Shown here: positions 35,301 to 47,500 of the stretch, in pieces | How positions within the stretch are numbered: position 1 is the first letter of the stretch | Layout of the letters: each line of letters begins with the position of its first letter | Assembly (NCBI GenBank): GCA_964035545.1 | Contig: OZ037765.1 | Span: forward strand, 29,697,504-29,761,503 | Direction: 5' to 3' | From: Bugula neritina | Lineage: Eukaryota > Animalia > Bryozoa | DNA length: 64,000 bases | Position numbers and translations under genes: made by a program | The notes under the pieces: generated by a model | What the model was told of the DNA's origin: nothing | What the model saw: the letters and a program-made list of their open reading frames with translations, nothing else | Database searches by the model: none

Positions 35301-38300
35301 CTGATTTGTTTGCAGCTGTTTCTACTTTTAGCTCAGTTAAAATCATTTGTAGCGTGACACAGACTTCATTTTACTTAGAAGATTTTCGAAATTATGCGAA
35401 ATGCGTAATAGTTGAGAATGGTCAAAGTGTATATAAAAAAGCTTTTTGGAGCAATGAGTAATGGCTGCTATGCACGCTGCATACTGCTATTTCGTGTGCT
35501 AGCTGTGATGTAACTGGTTTGTTTCAGCCCCACACACTGACGAGGAGAAGTCCAAAAATCCCGGACCCTTTGGATTCCCTGGTCTGGAAACTATGCTGCC
35601 CCTCCTGCTCACGGCAGTCAACGATGGCCGCCTTACTCTAGCGGTGAGATAACTCCCAAAATGTATTTGTTTAAAATTTTCGAAAATGTGCTGTTGCAAT
35701 CTGTATTAAATATATTGTTCAATTAAACACTGTAGAAGTACTCCTTTAAGCGCACACAATATTTGAACTGTCGAGTGGATGTCCCAGTAACAAACTTGTC
35801 TTCCATAGGATATTGAGGCTAAACTGCATACAAACCCTAAGAAAATATTCAACTTGCCCGACCAGCCGGACACATACGTGGAGGTTAACATGGACAGGGA
35901 GTGGACAATCCCGTATGCTATGAAGTACTCGAAAGCTGGTTGGACTCCATTCACAGGTCAAAAGGTCAAAGGTTGTGTTAGCCGCGTTGTCCTTAGAGGT
36001 CAAATTGTTTACGTGGATGGTGAGGTATGTGAATATAAAGAGGTCATTGTAGAAAATATTTTATGCACTTGTTGCATTAAGTGATGATGAATACACAAAG
36101 TGCTGGCTTAGTTGGAATGTGATATCGAGGCTATATTATATCTGTACAGTATTGTGACGCTGACTTTTAATTATACCTGATATACCTGTTTAAATTAAAG
36201 AAATTGAATGTTTAGTTAATATATTATGAAAAATATATATGTTTGGCTGATGAAATAATATAACTATATATATTTTGTTGATAAGCAAAGCAATTAGTTG
36301 TGTAGTTTATTTTACTAATTTGTTTTGAAAGTTGTAATCTTTGATAATCAATTTACCCTCTGCGACTATTTCTAATTCTACTTTGATTCCAGATTTTAGC
36401 TGAGCCGGGTTACGGCCAAGCTATTGCCACAAGCAGTGCTGGCAGAGAAGAGTCTAATGTAGCCACCCTGAATGGCAGTCTCAGGTCGAGTTCCAAGGAG
36501 ATTATTGGCTCTCCTTCTCGACTGATTCGGTCCACATCCAAAGTTGGTATGTAGTCACACAGTGGTGCGCTATAGCAACTGACTAATTTCAATTCTTTAC
36601 AACTATTCAATAAAATTATTTAGCAATTCATATGACATTGTTTATTGCTTTTTTAAAATACAGAGATATTTGCTTGGTATTCAGAACAAATCATATGTTA
36701 CAGGTAAGATAAACCTTCTTAACTGATTATGAAACTGTAAAATAACAAATGCATATGGTTATCTTATAGAGCTTTACTACAGAAATTTAACCAATAAGTA
36801 ATCAGTAAAAACTTGTATGCCATTAGTAGAACAACTTATTGTAAATTATCTTAGGTATACTATTAATAACATTAAGCTTCAGACAGAAATAAGGCTGCTT
36901 TGAAAATTTAAAAAACAAACTGTACAAAACAGTATCTCTATTTAAGCTTTAATTTTTCAATAAAAAAATTTTTTCACACCTGGAATTGGACCTCAGACTT
37001 CTGACTGGCAAATCAGAAGTCTGATCATTGCGTTATAGGGGTTACTGGGGATCACTACACCACATTACACCCAGTTCTCCAGAATGTATGGAGAGTATTT
37101 TGTTGTTGTGTAGAGACAGTGAGTGTCAAGGTAGACGACTCCATAACGACTACTGACCCCAGGTTCCTGGCTGACCTTACTCAGCAGATACTGGCCGACC
37201 CGCTGCCTAAACACATCATATCTGTCAGCGCCTTCAAGAAACCCCATCTCCACCAGATTCTCAACTTGGCCCACCAGTATAGGCTGTGCAAGATGAAGAA
37301 ACAGCCTCTAAATCACATACTTGAGGGAAAGGTGGGTTGTCGTGGTCTTTCTAGCAGTCAGTTCTAAAGTCACTGCATGGTTCTTGTAATTTGTAAATTA
37401 TGTTTTGTTGATAAAATCAGGTTATCAAGTGCAGAGCTCTATTGCTCAAATCAACATCAATCTTTATTAGTGGTGCTGTTGAAGATAAAAAATTAAGTAG
37501 TATAAAAATATATAATTAGTCTAAAACCATGTTTTGCTTATTAAAATATAAACATTTATATTTCATCATTTTTTGGACTGCGGACTTTTGAGGGTCAAAG
37601 GTCAAATTGAAGCACCTACAGCAAAAAAATAATGTCATCTGAATTCAGCACCTAAAAATTACCCTTATCACAAAGTTTGAGCTTTCTACTACAAGTTTTA
37701 TTTTTTGATAAATTTTTTTCTGTGTGGACTAAATATTTTGAGATGACCCATATATATATATATATATATATATATCTAAAACAAGTATGTGTTGTGCCTT
37801 TTCTGTCATTTGCTAAATCAGAATTATTTGCCCAATCATATGAAAAACTATTCCGATATAGCATTTAACATTATTCTCGCCGAATTTCGCATATTTAAAA
37901 AGTGTTGGAGGTCTTCTAATGCAGTCTGTTGAAATTTTGCAAGTGGCATTTGCAAATTTCATAAAAGAATGTTTTTTTTATGTAAATTAATAATAGAATT
38001 GGCCTTAGGTTATAATCTGGTTTCACGAGGCTTAGCATATAACTTCCCAATCTTCTAGTTGAGCTATATTCAACCTACTTGATATAACATATGCCTCGTC
38101 TTTATTAATGATTTGCTCATCAAATTTTCCTATGCAACTTTAGGTGATGGCGATGATGTTTTATGAAGCAAGCACAAGGACCACTAGCTCTTTCTCAGTA
38201 GCAATGCAGCTGCTGGGTGGGATTGTGCAGAAGTGTGACCCAGACACCTCCTCCCTAGTCAAAGGAGAGACATTATCAGGTACTCAGTCTAAAGGGTTGT

Positions 38301-40792
38301 GATTTGTAGGCTTTTATTGCAGGTAATAATGTTTTTATGTTGATAATATATGTTTTGAATTGAGTATATGGATATGACATAATCATATTGTGATATTTTA
38401 TGGTATAATTTCTATATTGTAATGTAAAACATTTAGAATTGGAAGCAGTTTGTAAAAATAATTATAGTTTAGAATTTTATAGTTAGTTATAGCTGAAACA
38501 AATTTTCTTAGGCTCAAATAGTTCTGCTGGTGTAAACTTTTTCCTTCATGTATTAACAACATTTTTAAATTTTTTTATTGTTTATGTATATGCATTTGCA
38601 CGAAAAGAAAGGTGTGGCAACCTTGAAGTAACGTTCTGATTCTTACTGTGATTTTAAATAATTTCTGTAACAGATATAAAGTAATAGATGTGTCACCTTG
38701 TCTAGTGAATTGCGAGAGAGGCTACAGCCTATTGAAAGAATGTCTATGAAAAAGTTTCATATTGTCAAGTATTGTATGATTTAGATACTGTAAATGTAAT
38801 GGCGAGTTATGCTGACGTGATGGTGATAAGACACCAAGAGAAAGGTGCCATACAGAAAGCCATTGTCAACACGCACACACCTGTCATAAGTGCCGGAGAC
38901 GGCACCGGTGAGCATCCCACTCAGGCCTTGCTCGATGTCTTCACCATCAGAGAAGAGATTGGCACGGTCAATTCGTTGACGGTGAGATATAGCGCGATGT
39001 TTACGGTGTGCAAGCACATGGGAAATTATATTTTTGGCTTCACTGATTTATCCACATGATCAGAGTATCAATGGTAAACATAATTGATGAATGTTTGGTT
39101 GTGATTGTGCAGATTACCATGGTAGGCGACTTGAAGAATGGGCGGACAGTTCACTCGTTAGCCAAATTGCTCACTTTGTATAGAGTTAGAGAATTGCGAT
39201 ACGTCTCTGTACCCTCCCTGTCAATGCCTCTAGAGATAAAGAACTTTGTGAAATCTCGAGGAATCAAACAGGTAGGCAATTTTATCTATCTAAGCCCCAA
39301 GCCGGGAAATGGTTTAGATATTGTAGCAGCTGTTTTATGTAATGCAGCAATTTAAGCAGTTTGATTCGCTGTAGCCAGTGTTATTGTTGTTATAGTATAA
39401 TATACTACTGCTGTTTTAACCAATTAAATAATTGTAGCTATGATACGATGCTTCCTTAAAGGATTGCTCAATCTTAGTTTATTACAATCACATTATAATT
39501 ATGAACTATAATCTAATGTGTATGCAAACAATTGTGGCTTTGCAAAGGGATATGTGCCTAGAAAACAGCTTTTCAAAATTCCAATTTTGAGGGAGGTAAA
39601 ATTTTCAGCCATGAAAAAGAATAGCCTAATACGTGACGTGTGAACGCCAGTAACTATGCTGCACGTGCTAACTATAACGCTAGTATTCAAGGTTGCTGAG
39701 CACAACATCAACCAATAACGCTCAAGCAGTTACAGTGCGCTATATAGGTCAGCTTTGGTGCGCCAGTAATATTGCACAATCTGACTTAGTTTAGATCGAT
39801 CGCAGGCATTCATCCTAAAGAATGCATGTTTTTACAATGCTTTTTTCTATGTTTACAAGCAAAATATAGCCTAATGTTATCACATACATGTAATTTAAAA
39901 TGTCAAAAAACTATAGATTGAGATAATTCACATTTGCACTTCTATAAATATACAAATTGCAAGCTAAAAGATTACATCTCACAGTCATATTTCTATAGTT
40001 ATTCATTTGTATAGTCACGTGACCAGCAGGAATGCTGGCGCTGTTACGTCACACTTCCCAGCTCATTTCAAAATCGGCGTTTTGGCTGTTACCAATCTAC
40101 ACCCTCAACTTCAACTAACTTTTTCTACCTTTGGTCAAATGCTTTTTGTCAATGCATGCTTAGAAAAACACAATATTATGTGTGTTTGACCTAAATGGCC
40201 ATTTATTAGACAAGATAGAGCAATCCTTTAAAGCACTTCAAGTTAGTTTCAGGTACAATTTGTTTCTTTGTGTTTTGTAGGAAGAGTATACCAGCTTGGA
40301 GAGTGCGTTGCCAGACACTGATGTCTTGTACATGACGAGAGTGCAGAAGGAGCGGTTCAGCAGTGAAGAGGAATACATTAAGACACGGTCGGCTTTTGAA
40401 GTTACACCTAAACTGATGACAAAAGCCAAGAAGAAAATGATAGTCATGCACCCCTTGCCCAGAGTGTGTGAAATCAGGTACCAAGATACAAGTGTTTCAG
40501 CTGTTAGTGGGAAATACTAGATAGGCTCATGCTGGTTCCAAAATAATGTCTTTATATTTAATATAATATATGTACACTAGTTTAAAATTCACATCATATA
40601 TTATTCAATTACCAATACATAGAATTGTTTTGCTGTCAAAACAGAGCCAATGTTATTTTTAGCCACTGTGTATTTAATCTTTTCAGCCCTGACTTTGATA
40701 CGGATCCAAGAGCTGCCTATTTCCGTCAGACCGAGTACGGAATGTTTGTTCGAATGGCCTTGCTGACACTAGTGTTAGGTCACAGTTTGTAG
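17378..40792 (+). CDS. CAD: CAD multifunctional pyrimidine biosynthesis protein (glutaminase - CPSase II - dihydroorotase - aspartate transcarbamylase), 40 coding exons
   Basis: Exons (all GT-AG): 17378-17489, 17849-18118, 19076-19134, 19658-19741, 20134-20275, 20812-20977, 21480-21665, 23014-23154, 23233-23344, 23491-23622, 24170-24403, 24795-25016, 25626-25814, 26266-26499, 26694-26831, 27082-27326, 27842-28032, 28241-28296, 28482-28580, 28786-28887, 29640-29762, 30220-30402, 30977-31195, 31496-31663, 31819-32106, 32379-32576, 33425-33506, 33706-33872, 34420-34584, 34670-34840, 35108-35264, 35528-35643, 35809-36024, 36393-36546, 37114-37331, 38144-38279, 38785-38981, 39113-39271, 40281-40477, 40687-40792. 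Motifs intact: [87 protein letters not shown] at 40941. Confidence 0.97.
18232..18439. mobile_element. Tc1/mariner(pogo)-type MITE in CAD intron 2
   Basis: TA|CAGTGCTCCCT ... AGGGAGCACTG|TA: terminal inverted repeat with TA target duplication. Confidence 0.75.
25035..25347 (+). repeat. 20-bp minisatellite (GTAAGTCACTCTGTAYTAGT), ~15.6 copies, at the start of CAD intron 12
   Basis: Near-perfect tandem array with 16 GTAAGT copies from 25035 to 25335, spaced 20 bp apart. Confidence 0.95.
29910..30120. mobile_element. Second, diverged copy of the MITE family at 18232-18439
   Basis: Shares internal sequence (tgaaacYtcaattcgtgacatRgtaga.taccaa; acctatgRgattt) and the right end GAGGGAGCAGTG|TA. 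Confidence 0.65.
30520..30692 (-). mobile_element. tRNA-derived SINE fragment
   Basis: Minus strand reads AGCAGCTGTGGCTAGTGGTTAAAGCACTGGCTTAGTGAACACAAGGCCATGGGTTTGAATCCCAG, with Pol III A box (TGGCTAGTGG) and B box (GGTTTGAATCC) but no intact acceptor stem. The 3' boundary is approximate. Confidence 0.55.
33125..33193. repeat. (TATG/TGTG)n compound microsatellite
   Basis: atgtatgtatgtatgcatatatgtgtgtatgtatgtatgtgtgtacgtatgtatgt... Confidence 0.85.
36977..37040 (-). mobile_element. Degenerate tRNA(Gly-GCC)-like SINE head or pseudo-tRNA
   Basis: Minus strand TATAACGCAATGATCAGACTTCTGATTTGCCAGTCAGAAGTCTGAGGTCCAATTCCAGG has degenerate A/B boxes and an anticodon-like loop TTGCCA. Confidence 0.35.
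39460..40227. mobile_element. Non-autonomous Kolobok-type DNA transposon in CAD intron 38
   Basis: TTAA|AGGATTGCTCAATCTT ... AAGATAGAGCAATCCT|TTAA: TTAA target duplication with AG termini, and imperfect internal inverted similarity around ACGTG motifs. Confidence 0.75.
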
Positions 40793-42649
40793 ATGATAAC
40801 TCCTGTTTTTACCCAGAATCCTACACTGACATTGAATTTCCTGTCGACAAGTTGCACTGTTATCTTTTATATTGGTTTAGGGTATCTTTTTTTTATCTGC
40901 TATTGAGTATATTGTTCATAGGCACTAGTATTGTTCATTTAATAAAAGCATCAAATATATTCATGGTAAAATAATGTTCTTTGCTTTATTTTTTTAAAAC
41001 AACAATCAAAGTGATTTGTTTTCAACTCGAGACAAATAGCTTTCATCATCAGATTATTATCTAATCATCGGTCTTATTTTCTTGTCAAAAAAGACACGTG
41101 AATTCAAGTAATTTTAACTCAATATTAACTATAATGCAAAGGGAAGCTTACAATGGAAGCATTCTTTGCTTTTCTATTGTATTGGTGAAATTTATTGCAT
41201 CCAAATTATACAAGTAAACTTAGTCAATAATTATTCAGATTGGCTCAAAAGCCAATTAATTAATTCTTAATACCTTAAGAGTGCTACATGTACAAATGGA
41301 CTTTGTAATCAATGATCAAACAGTGACTCTGTTGTCTATCATTTAAACCACATGTATGAGATTATATAATTTTTTTAAACAATTCATCTGCAATAATCTA
41401 TTAATAAAACGTTGAACTTTTTTTGCACATTTACACGTTGCCATTCAATTGAAACTTCAAATTTATCAAACTATATTTGGCACTAAGCAATTTGCTATAA
41501 AATTGAGATGAAGCTGCAGTTAGGAGCACCTAAAACATTAGCTAGTGTGGTGATAGGTATTTCCTATTGTATTGGAAGAAGATAAAAATTAAGAATACCT
41601 TATAAACACATAACATATTGTACTAGAATAAAATATACTTTTTGTTTACGTATCTTTCTTGTATCATGAATAACTTTTGTTATATATAGTCTTTTTAATA
41701 ATTGTGCAAAAAATCAAGAAAACTGTAAACCATTTATTGCTTGCTAAAATTTAAAATGAATGAGCATTGACATTTTAGATAGGTCTGTTTTTGTGGTGCC
41801 TCTAAATGTTTTATGCTTTTATATTTTGCTTTATTTTTATGTTTTATTATTCATACCAATAAATGTGCAAATAACATTTATAAAGCTGTTGGCTTTTACT
41901 CATTCAAGCAGTATTAAAAGGTTTGTATAAAAATGTATCTTAATTTTTTTATTCTATAGCAGTAAACCACTATTTATGAAAGCTTCCACCTAGACTCTAC
42001 TGAAATTATAGATTATGCTTTTACATAAAAATGTTTTGTGTCATTTTTATATATTTATGACAACCTATTTCAACTTGTTATCTCAGATAATCTACATATT
42101 ATATCGAGCTTTTATTACCCAAAGCAGTAATGATACCAAATTACAAAAATTTAATTGTGAAGGGTTTATTTATAGGAGTTATCCTTTCTAATATTGAGTT
42201 TTATGTGCTGTTTGGAAATATCCACCGCACTCTAAAATTGTTTATTGTTTTTTTTGTATTGTTTTTAAAAAAAAAATTGTTTTTGCGTCAAATTTTTGTT
42301 TAGAAAACTTAATTTAATTTAGTCGAAATATATTATAACTATAGATGTTGTAACTAAAAATTTATTTCCGCCTAGTAATCAGTCAACATCTTCATTATTA
42401 TGTATTTTGTACACTTGACCTAGGTTGCAAGAGAGAAAGATGGCATGTTATTTTGTTTTGAAAGCTGTTTTACTAACGCCTTGTTGAGTCTTAAATCTTT
42501 TAGCTCAACGTTGTGATTACTTGGTTTTGGTGACACATTTCTTCCTAGTTATTGGTAAATATTATTATTATAAAATTAAATATAATAACAGTGAATATAA
42601 AATTAAATATTCCCATTAAATTTAATATCATTTTATTTTATTTAAATGA

Positions 42650-43150
42650 AATCTTACTCAGAATTTTACTCTTAGTCTTAGTCATAGAGTTACTGTTAGT
42701 GATACTTTTACAGTTACTACTTGCAGTTACTAGGCGTTACTGAGCAAGTCTAATCACCAACTCTATCAGTAACTGCTAATGTCTGGTTATACTAATGCTT
42801 TACTTTTAGATGTTTGTCTTATAGTTATAATAATTAAAAGTCACATATAGTTGTACTTATACTTATAGACTACAGTTATAGTTATAGCCATTATGATTAT
42901 TATTATTATAGTCCAAATACAATTTGAAGTATAAATTCTACTTATAGACTCTAAGTCTAGTTAGTAACAGTAACTGTATTTAGTATAAATAAGTGTATAA
43001 TTAATTTCATTATTTATTATTTTAAAAATTTTACTTAGCCGTTTAGACATCTTTGCAGTTGTATGATACATTAATAGACATAGTATTACCAGGTTTAGTA
43101 ATTTTGAACAAAAATCGACTCACTATCACCGTGATAGTGGGATAATGATA
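42650..43150. repeat. Promoter-proximal 6-bp periodic AGT/ACT tract (protein 4.1 gene first intron)
   Basis: actctt agtctt agtcat agagtt actgtt agtgat actttt acagtt act; agttat agttat agccat. It follows a candidate donor TTG|GTAAAT at 42554. Confidence 0.7.
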
Positions 43151-44567
43151 CTCATTATTAATTTTGCTTTTTTTACCTACCATAAAACTTTTAAAAATAC
43201 TTTTTAAGATTGTCATGTTGTTGCTGCATCTGTAACTGCACCTAAGAAACAACCATGGGCATCGTTTATACTTTTAAGTTTATATTTATGGCTGCAAGAT
43301 TTCAGATTATTACATGTCTACTAGTAGGAAAGAAATAAAAGTATTGGTATGTAGTGTATAGAATATATCATTATATGAGTTTGAAAATAGCAATTGTATA
43401 ATGCAGTATTTTAGCAGGTACTATCCTGTAAATACTTGATTTCTTGGAGAAAATTTGTTCAGTAAAGTCCAGATCTGTTCTAAATAAAAATAAAACCTGC
43501 TCACTGTTTACTGGTTGTCAAATAAAATCTGAGTTTGATGTAACTTTTGAGACAAGTCCATCTGTTCCCATGAAAGCTATTCATTTAAGGGTGAAATAGA
43601 ATAGAATAAATGAAATAAAATTTGACTTAACCTAATCTAATATAAGTAAGAAGCAGGTGCTGGTTTCTTTACTTAGTTTGGCTATCGACTTCTTTGGTGG
43701 GATTTTACCAATCTCTATCCAAGCATAAAGAATAGGAGATATGAAGTAATAAAGCAACATTTTCTTCAAGTTTAACTATTGGTGATTTTGAATTGTAGTT
43801 CCCACTTATATGGTAATCTTGATATTAAGGATTTTGGTAAACTCAAAGGCATTTCATATCAAATGATTAATGAACTGTAAAATTTCAAGTTTTTACTGCA
43901 TGTTTCTACTTAATAGATTGCAAATAGTAGTAAAGCAAAATTTCATTGCTACAGTCATCAATTCAAAGTTTTACACCATTTGGGAAGTTTATATTAAAAT
44001 AATATTTGTGGTTATTCTGCGCCCTAAACTATTAGTCTTATTATGTTTATTTTAGAGTTAGTAATAAATAAATTACAATAATAGTTTTATACTAAGCTCT
44101 ATAGTGTCTTACTAGCCATGGAATCATAAAATTGCTTTTGCTAATACAACTTTGTGAGATGCAAAGTTTATATATTGAGATATATTTATATACACTATTT
44201 AGTGTATATAAGTTTATCTCTCTGAGGTATTGTAACATTCCTTATGGTAATTGAACCATCCAAAAGTGACTGAACCTATTAAAAGGCACATCATTATTGT
44301 ATAATGTTACTGTTAGTGGATAGTATGTTATTTCACATAACTATCTTCCTATACTAATGTCAGTAACCATGTTATCATATGAACTTACTAGAATATAACA
44401 CAGTGCTTATTTAACATGTATGTGCTGTAGAATGTAGCATACAATTGATAATTTTGCAAATATTTTAATAATGCTAGTAATAACTTTTGCCTTTGAATCT
44501 TACAGTTTTACTTCTTTAGTTTAGATATAAACTAAACATAATAATTTGGATAGGTTACTCTGTAACA

Positions 44568-47500
44568 ATGGGCGACAAATACAATGGAGATGTAAGTTCA
44601 ATGCATGGATTAGTAGTTCTAGGAATTCCAGCAGCATCCACTTCCCAGCCTATTTGCTATATTAGATTAAAGATAAAATAATTACGGCTTTATATGCACA
44701 GCAAATTACTAGTGTGTCTGCCCACTTAGCAGTCCGCCTACAGCTATTGCATTGCTTGCATTGGAATATAAATGATGTAGTTCAGTGAGAGTTGGAAAAT
44801 ATTGTTGAACTTTTCACCGTCACTAGTTGGAGAAATGTAGATAAATTCCTGAAAACCAGCAGTTAAACAATGGTTGAGATTAATTTTTACACTGCTTAAT
44901 TATTGGACTAGTATTTTGTAATATATATGTTATCTGTAACTTTCAATCTTGCATACTTGTAATTTTTATATGTGTCTAAACTGCTTTGTTAACTTACATT
45001 ACACATTCTAATAGATAAAAGTTATACTTGCTGTTATCAGCTACTCTGCTATCATGAGTAAATGTTAAGTGTTGATTATTGCTACTGAAGTTATAGAATT
45101 TCATAGCACTTTTGCTAGCATGAACTAGTTTTTACTATTTGTGAAAGAAATATAATCAAATTTAGGACAAGGGCTGCAAAATTTTTATAATTTGGAAAAG
45201 GCAGTAGAAGTTTACCTGATGCCATCTCTACCTGAAACCAACTGACTCTACCTGACATAATCTGACTACCTGACACCAACTGACTCTGCCTGACACCAAC
45301 TGACTCTACCTGACACCAACTGACTCTACCTGACATAATCTGACTACCTGACAACAATTAACTCTACCTAACACCAACTATCGGTGACAGATAAACCACT
45401 GTTTAATGTGTCTCATTATGGTTATCTAATTTTATGCATTTGCTCCTTGTCCAAACTATATTCAGAGTCTTTACTTATAACTAGTTCACTAAGGATATTG
45501 GCTGAATTCCTGCTGCAGCTAAATGTTAGATTTCCACTACTAAAATATTAATAATTTTAGTTTCAGCAGTGTTAGGTTAATAGCTATTTCCCTTGTTTAG
45601 ATAGTAATACTAACAGCATCTCCCCTCAACACCTCACTAATATCTATGTTCTGTTTTATACTGCTTCACAGAGTTGTACTCAGCATGCTAAACAGCTTAT
45701 AATAGAATCAACTAGCTCTGTTTATTTCTGCAATGTTCAGTGCTTATTCTGCAGAAGATGATTTCTATATTTGTATATCACTCGGTCTATTTTTAGAATA
45801 ACTTAAAGTTCTATGAGAGGAGTGTACACAAGCCACCGCCCAGCCCATCCATTTCCAGATCTGCTTACAGTCTACCAGGACTCACCAGAACTCTCAGTCA
45901 ACGGCTGCTGGCATTTAAGCCCAATCACCCGAAGATGGTTGTATGCCGAGTCATATTACTGGACGGGGAGAACTTTCAAGTAGAGGTCGCAGTAAGTAGG
46001 CTTTTAGATTGACGTTTAATTTTTTTTCAAGAGGTAAATACTATACTCGCCCACACATTGTCTGGTTATGAAAGGCTCCACTTCAATATAGCTATACCTG
46101 TACAACCAGTGGTTACTCTCCAAGGGAACTCTGGTTGAATCACATCTGTGTTTCTATGGTGATGGGAATACATTGATTGTAAATTTCCTTTTCAAGTATT
46201 TCCCACTTACTAATGTAGGCAAGATTAATAGATGGGGCAATAGTTATCTATTGTAATGGCCACCATGCACTTAGTAATGCCCTCTACATGATTTGTCTGA
46301 TGAACTGGTAGTAGAATACTTGGATAAAGTAATCTATCACCAACTCTCTTAATGTTTCCAGATATTTGGCAGCTTCATAAAGTTTTGAGAATTTTTGTGA
46401 CTAGTCAGTCTAGTTCTCTCATGATTCAATCTAGATTCATAATTGAAACTGGAAATGCCAAGCCTGGCGAAATTGCCCATGAATGTTAAATTTTAGTTAA
46501 TAGAGATTTAAAGACAGTCTAGTAATTAACATTTTAGGATTTTCTAATCAATTATTGGTTATAAATGGAGAGAGAGTACATCAGGGATTGGTGTGTGGCT
46601 ACCTTTATCTGTGGTTATTTAGATCACATGATGTGTAGGTTTAGGAGTTGATATTTGTCTACCAAACATGAACCTGTCATCCTTGACCAGAAGATGTGAT
46701 CTGTAGTAGAATTGTGTACAGATAGTGTTGGGTTATTTAGGTGCACCAATGGAAAAATTTCAGTAGCAAAGTTTTTTAATCATCTCTATAAATTATGTTA
46801 GGGGTGTAGGTTAACAATCTCACAAGGAGATAGCTTATTTTGCCACATTTCTCATCTAGAACACAGGCTTTTCCCAATTTCTCCATTACTGCTCCTCCCA
46901 CCATAAAACGATAGGATTACCAAATCCCGCAGGCTGTGTCTGCAAAATAGATATGTTTTGTAGAAAAACGCCCTCGGCAAGGTTCTGTTTGATCATGTTG
47001 CACAGAAACTGTGTGTGGAAGAAGCCGATTATTTTAGTATATCTTTCAGAACCTCCCAGAATGTCAAGGTTAGTTATTTCCACTCTTGTGGTGACACATG
47101 TATGATGACCAAACTTCTTGGTACAAATACATGGAAATTAGTCTATGCCGTGCAAGCTATGGTGGGGCTATTGTATGCTTTGTAGTGAGCATGAGATTAT
47201 CATGGTAGACCCATATATAGATATGTCAGTGCTGATATTTTAAACCCTTGTCCGAGATATTTTCTAGAGAATGTTAATTCTATAAGTAGCCCTCACGTTT
47301 ACACTTGACTTGCATGTAGAAATCAATATTGCTGTTTGCTAAGTGATATTAGAAATTGAATTACTTCTAAATAGATTATTGTATTGTCAATGGATTCTGA
47401 AAATGAGACCAATGAAATAGCCATCAAGACCTACTGTAGTGTATTTTGTTATGATGGAATAAAGTACAACCGGTTCCCCTGCACTACAGTGATTAAATTC

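Noticed and set aside
9934-40792. Folate-receptor-like gene next to CAD as a nucleotide-metabolism cluster
   Set aside because: They have separate promoters with a TE between them, CAD does not use folate, and the ligand is unknown. Adjacency is likely coincidental.
17378-40792. Non-canonical (U12, GC-AG) introns, recoding or catalytic loss in CAD
   Set aside because: All 39 coding introns could be placed at GT-AG with frame preserved, and the catalytic motifs checked in all four domains are intact.
1398-42743. Hydrophobic or Ser/Thr-rich short ORFs (1398-1583, 8066-8305, 8843-9043, 42552-42743) resembling membrane micropeptides
   Set aside because: They are translations of the 3/6-bp periodic tracts, with no splice or homology support.
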